The position numbers and the translations under genes are program-made. The notes beneath the pieces are model-generated. The model was not told the DNA's origin, ran no database searches, and saw only the letters and a list, made by a program, of their open reading frames with translations. Positions 26,519-39,617 of a DNA stretch of 64,000 nucleotides are shown here, piece after piece. The DNA is taken from contig NC_068990.1 of assembly GCF_001194135.2 (NCBI RefSeq), forward strand, positions 55,395,553 to 55,459,552. Reading direction: 5' to 3'. Position 1 is the stretch's first letter. Each line of letters starts with the position of its first letter. The stretch is from Octopus bimaculoides. Its lineage: Eukaryota.

Positions 26519-29456
26519 GTAAGTATATGAAAACAGAACATTTCTCTAACTTATTTTCCAATGTATATTATCCATTCATTAAAAAGTTTTGCAAAACGAA
26601 ATAAATTAACTGCATTTTCCAGCATCCAGGTCAAAATTTACAGCCAACAAAAAAATGTTGATCAACTTATACATCAAGACAATTTTGGAAGACCAAAGAT
26701 TCCATGTGAAATGCAGCAGGATTTGGAAAGATAGTGACGATGTTTGAATGTTTACATTACATACTACGTTGACTTGTGTGTTGGAAAATACAGTAGTTCA
26801 TCATGAAGAAGAGAAAAAGTTTAACATTTCAGGACTAGACTCTTGGCGAAGGCTCAAATGTTTAGGAAATAATTGGTGCTTTGTTACCAGATTCAGCAAC
26901 AATCAAAACAAAAGATAATAATTTTGATATATTCTTTTATTATTTTACTTGTTTCAGTCATTTGACTGTTGCCATGCTGGAACACCACCTTGAAGGGTTT
27001 TTAGTGGAACAATTTGACCCCAGGACTTTTTTTCTAGTCTAGTACTTATTCTAATTGTCTGCTAAGTTACGGAGATGTAAACACACCAGCACTAGTTATC
27101 AAGCAGTGATGGGGGAACAGACANNNNNNNNNNTACAGTAGTTCATCATGAAGAAGAGAAAAAGTTTAACATTTCAGGACTAGACTCTTGGCGAAGGCTC
27201 AAATGTTTAGGAAATAATTGGTGCTTTGTTACCAGATTCAGCAACAATCAAAACAAAAGATAATAATTTTGATATATTCTTTTATTATTTTACTTGTTTC
27301 AGTCATTTGACTGTTGCCATGCTGGAACACCACCTTGAAGGGTTTTTAGTGGAACAATTTGACCCCAGGACTTTTTTNNNNNNNNNNAATCCACTCACAA
27401 AGTTTTGGTTGGCCCAAGGCTATAGTAGAAGATACTTTCCCAAAGTGTCATGCAATTTGACTGAACCTGGAACCATGTGGTTGGGCAGCAAGCTTCTTAC
27501 CCCACAGTTACATTTGAAGGTATTTAAAGTAGTGACTTGACAGAGTCATTAGAGTGTTAAATGAAATGCTTTTTGGTGTATATTCTGTCTCCTTGCATTC
27601 TGAGTTCAAATTCTGCTGAGGCCAGTTTGTATTTCATCCTTCCAGGATCGTTAAATACAGTACCAGTCTAGGACAGTAGGACTGGGAGAATTGTTTGGGC
27701 ATTTGATGAAATGCCTTGCTGTATTTACTCTGGCCATCAGGTGTAGCTGTGTGGTTAAGAAGCTTGCTTCCTAACCATGTGGTTTGGGGTTCAGTTCCAC
27801 TGGCTATGTCTTCTACTATAGCCCCAGGTCGACCAAAGTCTTGTAGGTGGATTTGACTGGAAACTAAAAGGAGCCTGTCAAATATATGTCTGTGTGTGTG
27901 ACACTACACTCTCTGAATGGTTGGCGTTAGGAAGGGCATCCAGCTGTAGAAACTCTGCCAAATTAGATTGGAGCCTGGTGTTGCCATCCGGTTTCACCAG
28001 TCCTCAGTNNNNNNNNNNGGTGTTGCCATCCGGTTTCACCAGTCCTCAGTCAAATCGTCCAACCCATGCTAGCATGGAAAGCGGACGTTAAACGATGATG
28101 ATGATGATGATGATGATGAATAAACACAGTTTCTCATGTTGTCAAAGGGTCCAGCCTGAAAATGTAGATGTCTCCTCTTATGTAAAATTTTTTGCATTTT
28201 GTGAGCTTTTTGTACTTAATCTTTGTTAATGTAGACCATCACTAGTTACCTTGCATTCTACTATTTCACATTATTGTCCATGAGTTGGTATTGATTGAGC
28301 AAACCTACAATCAAAGGTTTTCCTTTCATTACCATTTATTTTTATTTTCAAGTTTTTTTTTTTTAAGACAGCAGACATGATTTGAAAGAAATTTTGCTGT
28401 TGTTATGGCTCCCTCATTCATTGGCTTGTCATTATCTCCACCCCAACTCTCAAATGCATATATTCTATTACTTGTTTCAGTCATCTGACTGCGGCCATGC
28501 CAGTGCACTACCTTGAAGGATTTTTAGTTGAACAAATCGACTCTGGGACTTATTTTTAAAGCCTAGTACTTATTCTGTTGTTTGTACTTTTGCTGAACTG
28601 CTAGGCTACAGGGACCTAATTGCACCACCACCGGTTGTCAAGCAGTGATGGGGGGACAAACACAGGCACAAAGACAGACACACATAGATAGATAGATGCA
28701 TGCAGGCTTCTTTCAGTTTCTGTCTACCAAATTCACTCAAAAGGCTTTGGTTGGCCTGGGGCTATAGTAGAAAACTCTTGCCCAAGGTGCCATGTAGTGG
28801 GACTAAACCCAGAACCATGTGGTTGGAAAGCAAGCTTCTTACCACATGGCCACAGCTATTGTCCATATTTTTTATTAAGGTTTAAATTTTGATTGATGTT
28901 CGTTGGTTAGTTAGTTTGGTGCAGCTGTTATAAGTGCAGGTGTAGCTGTGTGGTTAGGAAATTTGTGTACTAATCACATATGGTTCCATGTTCAATCCCA
29001 CCACACAACACATTTGGCAAGTGTCTAATGCTGTAACCTTGGGCTGGCCAAAGCCTTGTGAGTGGATTTGGCAGACAGAAACTGAAAGAAGCCTGTCCTG
29101 TGAGATTTGTGTGTCTGTGTGTTTGTGTCTCCTTGTCTTGACATTGCATGATAGTTGTAAATCAGTGTCATTCTCATACAAGCAGTATCATTAATTTTCA
29201 ATATTCTGTGGGAACATGTCTAGTTATGGAGAAAGTTACCTTGCTTGAAAACAGGAAGGGGTGTGGTTTGGCGACAGGAAGGGCATCCAACTGTTGAAAA
29301 TCTGCCTCAGTAAACTTTGTCTGAACCATGCAAGCATGGAAACGTAGTTATTAAAAACGACAATGACGACAACAACTATTATTATTATTATTGCCAAAAT
29401 GATCAGGGTTGTATATGTATTTCTATTTTAAAATTAATATTCCTATTTCATTGCAG

Positions 29457-29557
29457 CAAGTTGACCAGAAAAAGTTAGAAAAGGCTGAAGCAAAACTTCA
29501 GAAGAAAAATGAAAAAAGAGCATCTCAAACAACAACTGTTAAAAAAGTAACGAATGG
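29457..29557 (+). CDS. ABCF3: ABCF3 exon 4 (QVDQKKLEKAEAKLQKKNEKRASQTTTVKKVTN)
   Basis: ttcattgcag|...|gtaaga, phase 0-2. Conserved KKLEKAEA.L motif. Confidence 0.93.
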
Positions 29558-30063
29558 GTAAGAAATCTTGAATATCTCAACTTCTGAGATGAAGTAATGA
29601 AATATTTATTTTGTTGTTCAATGTTTATTGTTTTGTTTAGATTAGGCTCTGATCATCTTTTAGTTAATCAGCATAAGGATATGTTTATTTGATGGCATAA
29701 AAGAGGCACTCCAATTTTAGCAGTTTCTAGTACGTTACTACTTACGGGAGACCCATATTCGCATATAGGACTTAGGGTGATTTTTGTTTTTGTAAAATGT
29801 GCATCTTATATACCATCAATTATAATATGTAGGGTTAGGGAAACTGAAGACAGTTGAAGTATGGAAAGATCAAAACTCAGGAGAAGAAACCTTAGAAACT
29901 ACGTATTATGTCCCAGACTCTCACACACACCTGGTGCAAGTATGGCTGTATTGTTAAGGAATTCATTTTGCAACCTTGTGGGTTTTGGGTTTGCTCTCAC
30001 AGCAAGGACAAATGTTTTTTTTTTACTATATCTTGAGATTGACCAGTATTATGAGATTATATA

Positions 30064-30094
<31 letters not shown>

Positions 30095-30104
30095 GTATAA
30101 ATCG

Positions 30105-30575
30105 GGATAACACCTGTGCCCAGTGTCGCCTTTCTGGCACTTGTGCCCGTGACATGTGTAAGGATTTTCGAGCAAGATCGCTGCCAGTGCCCCTGGACTG
30201 GCTCTTGTGCAGGTGGCACATAAAATACACCATTTTGAGCATGGCCATTGCCAGTACCGCCTGACTGGCCTTCGTAGGATTTTCGAGCGAGATCGTTGCC
30301 AGTGCCCCTGGACTGACTCATGTGCGGGTGGTACATAAAATACACCATATTGAGCGTGACCGTTGCCAGTACCACCTGACTGGCCTTCGTGCGGGTGACA
30401 CGTAAAAGCACCCACTACACTCTCTGAGTGGTTGGCGTTAGGAAGGGCATTCAGCTGTAGAAACTCTGCCAAATTAGATTGGAGCCTGGTGTTGCCATCT
30501 GGTTTCACCAGTCCTCAGTCAAATCGTCCAACCCATGCTAGCATGGAAAGCGGATGTTAAACGATGATGATGATC
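30105..30575 (+). mobile_element. RTE-tail repeat (family B) with internal tandem units and (GAT)n tail
   Basis: Ends ...CCAACCCATGCTAGCATGGAAAGCGGATGTTAAACGATGATGATG. Close copies at 27900-28117, 46230-46530 and 32882-33580 (minus). Confidence 0.8.
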
Positions 30576-31222
30576 ATGATATATATATAATAAGTTAAAA
30601 ACATAATAAGTGCACAATCAAACGAGGAAACAGACATAGAAAGCCGCCAACTCTTTGTCAGTTATCAGCTAGATGGTCAAACACAATTTTGTGCCTCAAC
30701 GATAAAGCACAAAATTGTGCTTGATCCCCTGACTGATCACTGATAAGGAACTGGCAGCCTGTTTCCTGTTTGTTTGTGCATTTATTATACGTTATTAACT
30801 TATTATTTAATGCAACGCTATGTACTGGCATAATTTTCGTTTACAAGCAAGTATATATATATATATATATATATATAATAATACAAAGAATATATATGCA
30901 TGTATACACACATATATGTACATACTTACATCTACATGTGTATATAGATGCATATCAGGGTACAGGATGTTAGAACAATGAACTACAGACAACGGAACGA
31001 ACACATAGGAAAACAGATAGCCACTTGGAATAATTCCTTCATCAGCTGCCTCTATTCTAACTAGACGTTTCGAAGATAAGGCAGAACGTACTCTAGAATA
31101 GTCTCTTCCTGAGTAGTGGATCAACCCACTAAACAGGATTCCAAGGTGGCAAACACAAACCAAGACAGGAAAAATTGGACAGTGAAAACAACATTAAAAT
31201 GCCGTACGACCAAACGCAAATT

Positions 31223-31266
<44 letters not shown>

Positions 31267-32216
31267 TCATATATGTATGCTTATGTGTGTGTGTGTGTGT
31301 GTGTGTATTACTTTTTACGTGACACCAGCACTGATACTTTTTACGTGAAACCACCACTAATGCTTTTTATATGGTATCATCAGCAGTGCTTTTTATGTGG
31401 TACCAGCACCAGTTGATTTTTTATGTGGCACCAACACTGTCAGGGTCACCAAATACCTTGTAAGACAAAAATCCCTCACCTGGGATGTGGAGTAGTATTT
31501 AGTAGGTGTGGCCTTTGCCAGTTGAGAGATTTAAGGAATATCTCACAACTGGCACATATATAGTTGCTTATTTTTAGAATGACATTGACGACTAGGTTTG
31601 AGAAACCAGATCTGGTTGGTTTGAATTTAAATCATGGAGAATATTTGTGCCAGATATGGCCAGTTTAAATACTGGAAGGTTAAAGACCTTGGTGAAATTT
31701 AAACTCAAAATATAGGATGGTCTGATTGAATATTATTGAGTGATATTATTTCATCATTATCACCTTCATCGCTTTAACATCCACTTTTCTATGCTTGCAT
31801 GATGGTAATGCTTGCATACTACCATTTGGTATCAGAGCAAGGAGACAGTAACACACTTATGCATGTGTGTGTGTGTGTGTGTATATGATGGGCTTCTTTA
31901 AGTTTCCATCTACCAAATTCACTCACAAGGCTTTGGTCAGTCTGGAGCTATAGTAGGAGACACTTAACCTGAGTACTGTGCCAGGGTATTGGACTTGAAA
32001 CCCTGCAGTTTGGAAGCAAACTTCTTACCACACAGCCATGCCCATTCCTAAGTGCCTTTTTTTTACGAAATATATTTAATGGTATTGATTATCATATTCA
32101 ATTTTATTCATTTTAAGAAACTGAAAACTACAAAATAAATGTTCCAAAACAGTCACTTTAGTATATTATGAAAAGTAATGTATTTTTCTTCTTTTTCTTT
32201 AAAATTTCTTTTATAG

Positions 32217-32339
32217 CAATTGTGAATTAGCATCAGCATCTCAACAGTTAAATAGACGAGATACAAAGATGGATGCAGCAGGTAGCAACAAATCGTATGA
32301 TATTCGAATTGAAAATTTTGATGTGTCTTATGGAGAAAA
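32217..32339 (+). CDS. ABCF3: ABCF3 exon 5 (NCELASASQQLNRRDTKMDAAGSNKSYDIRIENFDVSYGE)
   Basis: cttttatag|...|gttagt, phase 2-2. ASASQ and KSYD.RIENFDVS motifs. Confidence 0.95.
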
Positions 32340-32881
32340 GTTAGTATTTTACTTTATTTTTTTATTTACAGTGTAGTTTTCCCAGTTCATAATTGATTGA
32401 ATGTAGTACAGTTAAAACAAAGAAAAGATGTTTATAATTTATTCAAAATATCAGAATCATTGCTATTATAAATATGAATATCTTTTATGCTTGTGCAAGC
32501 ATTTCAGGCCAAAAGGTTGAGAACATATATATTGATGTCCATTTGACATGAATATTATTTCAAAATACAGTGTAAAAGTGAAGTCAAATATTTGGAATAA
32601 GAAGTGCAGCTTTTATCCTGTATTGATATATACACCTTCTCCTTGACTTAGACCATCTGCACTTATGACCACAAAAAGTCGAACGCTTTGTAAAAGTTGA
32701 ACATCTCATTCAAGATGCTGTGCGTTGTTATTGTAAGATATATGATGGAAAAAGAAGAAAACTATTCAAACAAAGCTCACCATGTTCCTTGAAAAACCAT
32801 CAACCTCAACCTAAGAACATGACTATGAAGATGAAAATCTATTTTCAATTGCACTTTTTTCACAAGAACAATTTTTTTATT

Positions 32882-33580
32882 GTATCATCATCATCATCAT
32901 TGTCATTTAACGTTCGCTTTCCATGCTAGCATGGGTTGGATGATTTGACTGAGGACTGGTGAACCAGATGGCTACACCAGGCTCCAACCTGATTTGGCAA
33001 TGTTTCTACAGCTGATTGCCCTTCCTAAGGTCAACCATTCCGAGAGTGTAGTGGGTGCTTTTACGTGCCACCGGCACGAAGGCCAGTCAGGAGGTACTAG
33101 CAACGGCCATGCTCGAAATGGTGTATTTTACGTGCCACCTGCACAGGAGCAAGTCCAGCGACACTGGCAACAATCTCGCTCGAATGTCTTTTCACATGCC
33201 ACCGGCACAAGTGCCAGGAAGGCGACGTTGGTAACGATCACGCTCAAATGGTGCTATTTACGTGCCATCGGCATGGAAGCCAGACAGCAGGTGCTCTGGC
33301 ACCGATCACGCTCGGACGGTTCTCTTAGTGATCTACTGGTACAGGTACCATCACGATTTCGCTTTCGCTTGCCCCAACAGGTCTTCGCAAGCCGAGTTTA
33401 GTGTTCAATGAAGAGACGTTGGCATGGGTGCCCGTCTACAAATTTAGTTCGATTTCGATTTCACTTGCCTCAACAGGTCTTTGCAAGCGGAGTTTAGTCT
33501 CCAAAGAAGGAATGTTATGCGTAAGTGGGCTGACTACATCCCTGGCAGAGGCCTTGAATTTAGGTCTCACTTGGCTTGCC
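32882..33580 (-). mobile_element. Long family B / RTE 3' end copy
   Basis: Inverted relative to 30105-30575. The distal part reads ..LAKTC.GK twice on the minus strand (duplicated LINE ORF end). Confidence 0.78.
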
Positions 33581-34223
33581 ATTAATTTTAGATTTTAGTT
33601 TTGTTTACAGTACAGTAGAGTACATATTATGTATTTTTCACATTATGTACAATAATCATAGATTAAATTTTTGTGTTTTATATTTTTATAACCTGTTTGA
33701 ATGAAAATAGTGCTGAAAAATATAGATCCGACATATGACCAGATCGACTTAATACAATACTCATTTTCTTGACTATATCTTACATAAAATCTTGTTTTAC
33801 TATCTGTTAATGAACACTTTGTGACTTTCTTAACTCCATTATTATTGTTTAATAACAATTTCCATAGCACTTAGCTGAATATTATATATATGAATGTATA
33901 AGACACACTTGTTTTAGTCTTAAAATTATCAAATAAACTGCCATGTATCTATTATGATCATATTGCGGATGGGATACCAAGTGTATGATGAAATATATCA
34001 AATTTGTTTTGTCCACAAGAATGTAGGAGGTTTTGTCTTATGTATAAGTGCATCTTACACACTAACAAATATGGTAGATATTTGTTGCAACTCTTTCCAA
34101 AAGATCAAAGCTGTTTTGTTCATACATAAAGTCTAAATGATATTCCTCACAATATTATTATTTTACCCAATGAAAGACTTGTTTTATTTCTGAATGATAT
34201 ATTTTTGTACTTATATTTTGCAG

Positions 34224-34328
34224 GAGCCTCTTGATTGATGCTTCCATTCATTTAATATATGGTCGTCGATATGGTTTTGTTGGGCGTAATGGATTGGGAA
34301 AGACAACTGTGTTACAAATGATATCTAG
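34224..34328 (+). CDS. ABCF3: ABCF3 exon 6, Walker A of ABC domain 1 (GRRYGFVGRNGLGKTT)
   Basis: ttttgcag|...|gtaagt, phase 2-2. Confidence 0.96.
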
Positions 34329-35487
34329 GTAAGTTAAATCTGACAGTTTTACACTTTTCCTCATTCATATAATTTCTGTTTTGTATGAATATATCTGGAA
34401 TGTAGTCTTTATAAGATATTTAAACAAGAAAAGCAAAAACTTCCAAATGTGTTAATTCGCATTGTTATCTGTGATTAAAGCATGGGACAAAATACATAGC
34501 GGTATTTTTTTCCAGATCTCTGTGCTCTTATTTCAAATATCTTACACAGATTTGTTTCTCATCCAGTACAGGGCTGTGGATTTGCAGAATTTTTAGAACT
34601 TTAGACGAAGTACCTTATAGTGTTTATTCTGATTCTTTACTTTCAGAGTTCTTGGGTGGTAGATGTAATCTCTAATAAATTTGGTCCTTGGGCGCTCTCA
34701 ATAGTGTTCACTCTATTGTAAACATTTAAATCAGGTCTCTTGTTTGATTATAATTTCCTCTCTTCTTTCTGTTAGTTTTAAAGGCCCTGAAAAATAAATG
34801 GTCATGAGCATTATCCTTCTCCCAGTAAGTGGTTAAAAAAGTGTTCCAATGTTTGCTTTAGACGTAATGTATTTAAGACTATATTTTCCAGTGTACCCTA
34901 TCCCCATGTTTTTCTGAGATTGTAATGTATGACTAGGGCTGTTTCTAGCAAGTCTAGCTGCTGTGTTAAGATTTTGTGTAAAGTTTGACTTCAGCTTTGG
35001 TGTTTGTAAATTACTGTACATTGTGAAAATAAATGAACACTTTTAAGCTAATTAATTAAAGAACTGGTCTCTGGATATTTATTCTTAGTGTAAAGCACTT
35101 ATCCTTTCAACATTCAGATTACTCTGTCAAATGTAATGCTTATTTATTCATATTGTTTTGAATTAATCATGCATTATCTCATAGCTTTGAAATTTCAAAA
35201 TGATGTGATTGTTTATTCTTAGGATAATATTATAGGATCGGTATGAGAGGCCAAATTCGCCCAGTTTGAACTTAAAAGCAGTTAGAATATTTGGCCAGTT
35301 ATTGTCAGTTTAAATGCTAAAGGGTTAATGTACTAAATCTGATGACAATATTCATTATAATATGTTAATATGGGTTTGTGTAAATTTCTCTTTTAGAATT
35401 TGTTTTAGAAGATTGGAGTCATGACATGTAAATAGTTTACAACTGCATTGTTCTACGGTTTTTATTTCATCCTTTTTATTTTCTCAG

Positions 35488-35652
35488 CGGTCAACTGAAG
35501 ATCCCATCTCACATCACAATTTTACATGTTGAACAAGAAGTTGTGGGTGATGAAACGTTAGCATTACAGAGTGTTTTAGAATCAGACCAAAGACGGGAGA
35601 ACTTGTTAAAAGAAGAAAGGGATATTAACACACAGCTACAGGATAAGGAAGG
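35488..35652 (+). CDS. ABCF3: ABCF3 exon 7 (GQLKIPSHITILHVEQEVVGDETLALQSVLESD...)
   Basis: ttttctcag|...|gtatgt, phase 2-2. Q-loop HVEQE. Confidence 0.96.
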
Positions 35653-36270
35653 GTATGTGATGCTAATTATTTTGTTTGTAATTCAGAGTAGAAGATGAGT
35701 TTTTGAGTTTGCATTCTTTCTAATAACAAAACCTCAGTAATTTTGCAAGACTCAAAAGAAGCCTGTTGTAACACCTGTTAAACATTTTGTCAACCCTTAT
35801 GTTCTATGTTCAAATTCCGCCAACGTCAACTTTGCCTTTCATCCTTTAAGGAATCAATAGAATAAGTACCAGTTGAGTACTGGGGTTGATATAATTGACT
35901 TATCCCCTCCTCAGAAATTGCTGGCCTTGTGCCAAAATTTGAAATCAATATATATTGAGTACAGAGTACACTGAATAACCAGCTGAAGGAGGCATCCTCT
36001 TGAGGTCACTAATTTTCTATATATATTGCTAGCTGAAGTGAATTACTGCTATGTCCAGTGGTCATCGGGGATGACCATAAAGAGGTCAAAACTATATAGT
36101 TGGTGGTCTCAGGACTAAAATAGTCAAGAGTTCTCTCCTTGCTTGCAATATATATTGAGTGCAGAGTGCACTGAATAACCAGCTGGAGCAGGCGTCCTCC
36201 TGGGGTTAAAACAGCTGTATTGTTGGTTCCTAGAGAACACTCATGTTTAGGTGGTGTTAAACACTATTTC

Positions 36271-36308
<38 letters not shown>

Positions 36309-37400
36309 TANNNNNNNNNNNNNNNNNNNNNNNNNNNNNNNNNNNNNNNNNNNNNNNNNNNNNNNNNNNNNNNNNNNNNNNNNNNNNNNNNNNNNNNNNN
36401 NNNNNNNNNNNNNNNNNNNNNNNNNNNNNNNNNNNNNNNNNNNNNNNNNNNNNNNNNNNNNNNNNNNNNNNNNNNNNNNNNNNNNNNNNNNNNNNNNNNN
36501 NNNNNNNNNNNNNNNNNNNNNNNNNNNNNNNNNNNNNNNNNNNNNNNNNNNNNNNNNNNNNNNNNNNNNNNNNNNNNNNNNNNNNNNNNNNNNNNNNNNN
36601 NNNNNNNNNNNNNNNNNNNNNNNNNNNNNNNNNNNNNNNNNNNNNNNNNNNNNNNNNNNNNNNNNNNNNNNNNNNNNNNNNNNNNNNNNNNNNNNNNNNN
36701 NNNNNNNNNNNNNNNNNNNNNNNNNNNNNNNNNNNNNNNNNNNNNNNNNNNNNNNNNNNNNNNNNNNNNNNNNNNNNNNNNNNNNNNNNNNNNNNNNNNN
36801 NNNNNNNNNNNNNNNNNNNNNNNNNNNNNNNNNNNNNNNNNNNNNNNNNNNNNNNNNNNNNNNNNNNNNNNNNNNNNNNNNNNNNNNNNNNNNNNNNNNN
36901 NNNNNNNNNNNNNNNNNNNNNNNNNNNNNNNNNNNNNNNNNNNNNNNNNNNNGTGTTTACGTCCCTGTAACTTAGCGGTTCGGCAAAAGAGACCGATAGA
37001 ATAAGTACTAGGCTTACAAAGAATAAGTCCTGGGGTCGATTTGCTCGACTAAAGGCGGTGCTCCAGCATGGCCACAGTCAATTGACTGAAACAAGTAAAA
37101 GAGTATTAAAACGATGACAAGGGTGACCTCATTTGAGCACTAGTTATTTGTTTCTGTGCTGTTTTTCACATTTACTCTGATATACAAACACATCATTATT
37201 ATCATTTCATGTCTACAATCCAAGCTGGTATGGATTGAATGTATTGTCATGATCTGGGTCTGTACTTATTTAGAGTTAATACCCTCCTAGATGGAACAGA
37301 GGAGTTCCAAGGTTTTGAAGAGTATGGAACCACCTCTTAGCCACTGTTGTTTCCAGGTGTATTCTGAGTAGTTGCACCTGTAAGGGTCCTGCTATAGGTT

Positions 37401-37785
37401 GTTGATGTTGGCACTCCGTCGCTTACAACGTTGAGGGTTCCAGTTGATCCGATCAATGGAACAGCCGGCTCGTGAAATTAACGTGCAAGTGGCTGAGCAC
37501 TCCACAGACACGTGTACCCTTAACGTAGTTCTCGGGAATATTCAGCGTGACACGGTGTGACAAGGTTGGCCCTTTGAAATACAGGTGCAACAGAAACAGG
37601 AAGAAAGAGTGAGAGAAAGTTGTGGTGAAAGAGTACAGCAGGGTTCACCACCATCCCCTGCCGGAGCCTCGTGGAGCTTTAGGTGTTTTCGCTCAATAAA
37701 CACTCACAATGCCCGGTCTGGGAATCGAAATCGCGATCCTATGACTGCAAGTCCACTGCCCTAACCACTGGGCCATTGCGCCTCC
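37401..37785 (-). mobile_element. Full-length tRNA-derived SINE (family C) with 13-bp TSD
   Basis: Pol III A/B boxes on the minus strand, an (AAC)n-like tail, and TSD CCTGCTATAGGTT at 37388-37400 and 37786-37798. Confidence 0.9.
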
Positions 37786-39175
37786 CCTGCTATAGGTTAA
37801 CTAGCATGTAACCATTCAAGCCAGGGTGTGTTGTAATCATGGGATGCTGCATGGTCAATGAGAACTATTTCGGCAAATGAATCTTATTGAATTAATGGTG
37901 AATATCAGTAAATGCTGAGCAGATGAATAGCCAACAAACTATCAACAACCAGGATCAACCAGTTCAGTTAGTGAACTACTGCTATCATCTGTAGTCATGG
38001 CATGTGTAGATGAAATATTTCAGCTAGGAAAAGACCAATGTAACTAAAACCCAGACCAGATGAGAATGCTTCATTGCTTGATCATGACATCTGGTGTGGA
38101 AGAGTTGGAATGGCCCAAGCAAGTCACCTGACCAGATGATGATGATGATGATACTTGGGGATCTCACTAATGCCAATACCAAGTGAAAAGTACACAGTAC
38201 ACTCTGTGAAGTGGTTGGCATTAGGAGAGACATCCTGTCGTAAAAACTATACCAAAGAAGAAATTTGAGCATCCTTTGGCCTATTGGCTCCTGTTGGATC
38301 AGCCAACCCATATCAGCTTGGAAAATGGGTGCTAGGCAATGATAAGGATGATGTTTTTGGTATGGTTTCTCTGGCTGGGTACTCTACCTAATGCCATCCC
38401 TTTAAGTGCACTGACTGCATTTTATCATAGCACCAAATCTAGAGTGCTTCCTTCCCATCCATGTCTCAGGTTCAGTCCCACTGTGTGACACCATGTACAA
38501 GTGTTTTTCACTATAGTCCTGAGCTGACCAGAGCCTTGTGAGTGGATTTGGTTGATGGAAACTCAAAGAAAGCTGTTATATATATGTGTGTGTGTGTTTG
38601 TACCCTTGTCTTGACATCATGTGATTTTTTTTTTAACAAGCATCACCATCATGTAAGCATTATTTGTTTTCAGTCTTCTGTGAAAAACGTATCTGGACAC
38701 GAAGAAATGCTATCTTACTTAGAAACAGGTGAGGGTTGGCAACAGAAAGGGTAGCTGGCTGTAGAAAATCTGCCTCATGAAATTCTATCTGATCCATGCA
38801 AGTGTGGAAAAGTGGATGTTCAATGATGATGTTGTCTTTCAGTAAAAAATGACTTTAAAATGTTAGGAAAATATTCATAGAGAGTTGGCTTGAATACTCG
38901 AAACCATCTTGACACAAGATATTACCATATTTCCTAACAAACAAGTTGACATAGTATATAGTGTAAACTTGTAGTGTACACATTCAAACATCATGGCTAT
39001 CTTATTAAACCCTGCTGCATTTTGCATGGAATTGTCTTGATGTCTAAGCGGGCCTACCATTTTTGGCTGTAAATTTTGGTCTGAAAATTTTGACTTGTAT
39101 ATCAGAAAACATGGTAATCTGATGAAAATAATTCTCAGTCTACAGCCTGTTTCATTTTGACTTAACGTTATTTAA

Positions 39176-39397
39176 CCCTTTAGCATTCTGATTATTTTGT
39201 CAAATGTAATGCTTATTTATTCACATTGTTTTGAATTAATCATGCATTATCTTGTAGCTTTGCGATTTTGATTAGGTGACTGTATATTTTTTTAGACTAA
39301 CATTGTTGGGTAGGTGTGAGAAGCTGGATCTGGCCAGTTTGAACATAAAACAAGAAGAATATTTTGGCTGGATATGGCTAGTTTAAATGCTAAAGGG
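39176..39397. mobile_element. piggyBac-type MITE (TTAA-CCCTTT...AAAGGG-TTAA); over 8 related copies (2486, 21856, 35100, 48480, 48700, 49990, 55990, 57455)
   Basis: TTAA target duplication and CCCTTTAGCATT / AATGCTAAAGGG inverted termini. Confidence 0.85.
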
Positions 39398-39470
39398 TTA
39401 ACCAGTAAATTTGAGATTGCTTCATATCATCAATTGTATGTTTAACAAGTATCTTATTTTTCTCCTCCAG

Positions 39471-39617
39471 GAATGACAGCACCGATGTTCTTTCAGCTCG
39501 ACTAAGTGAAATTTATCACCAGTTAGAAGCAATTGATGCTGACAAAGCACCAGCGAAAGCTGCTGTTATTTTAGCTGGTTTAGGATTCACACCAAAGATG
39601 CAGGCAATGCACACAAG
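39471..39617 (+). CDS. ABCF3: ABCF3 exon 8 (…LSEIYHQLEAIDADKAPAKAAVILAGLGFTPKMQAMHT)
   Basis: tctcctccag|...|gtttgt, phase 2-2. Close match to ABCF3 ADKAPA.A.VILAGLGFTPKMQ. Confidence 0.95.

Noticed and set aside
26789-27377. Exact duplication of about 244 bp (26789-27032 and 27134-27377), and a 30-bp one around 28009-28018
   Set aside because: Both abut 10-N gaps and are identical, so they are scaffolding artefacts.
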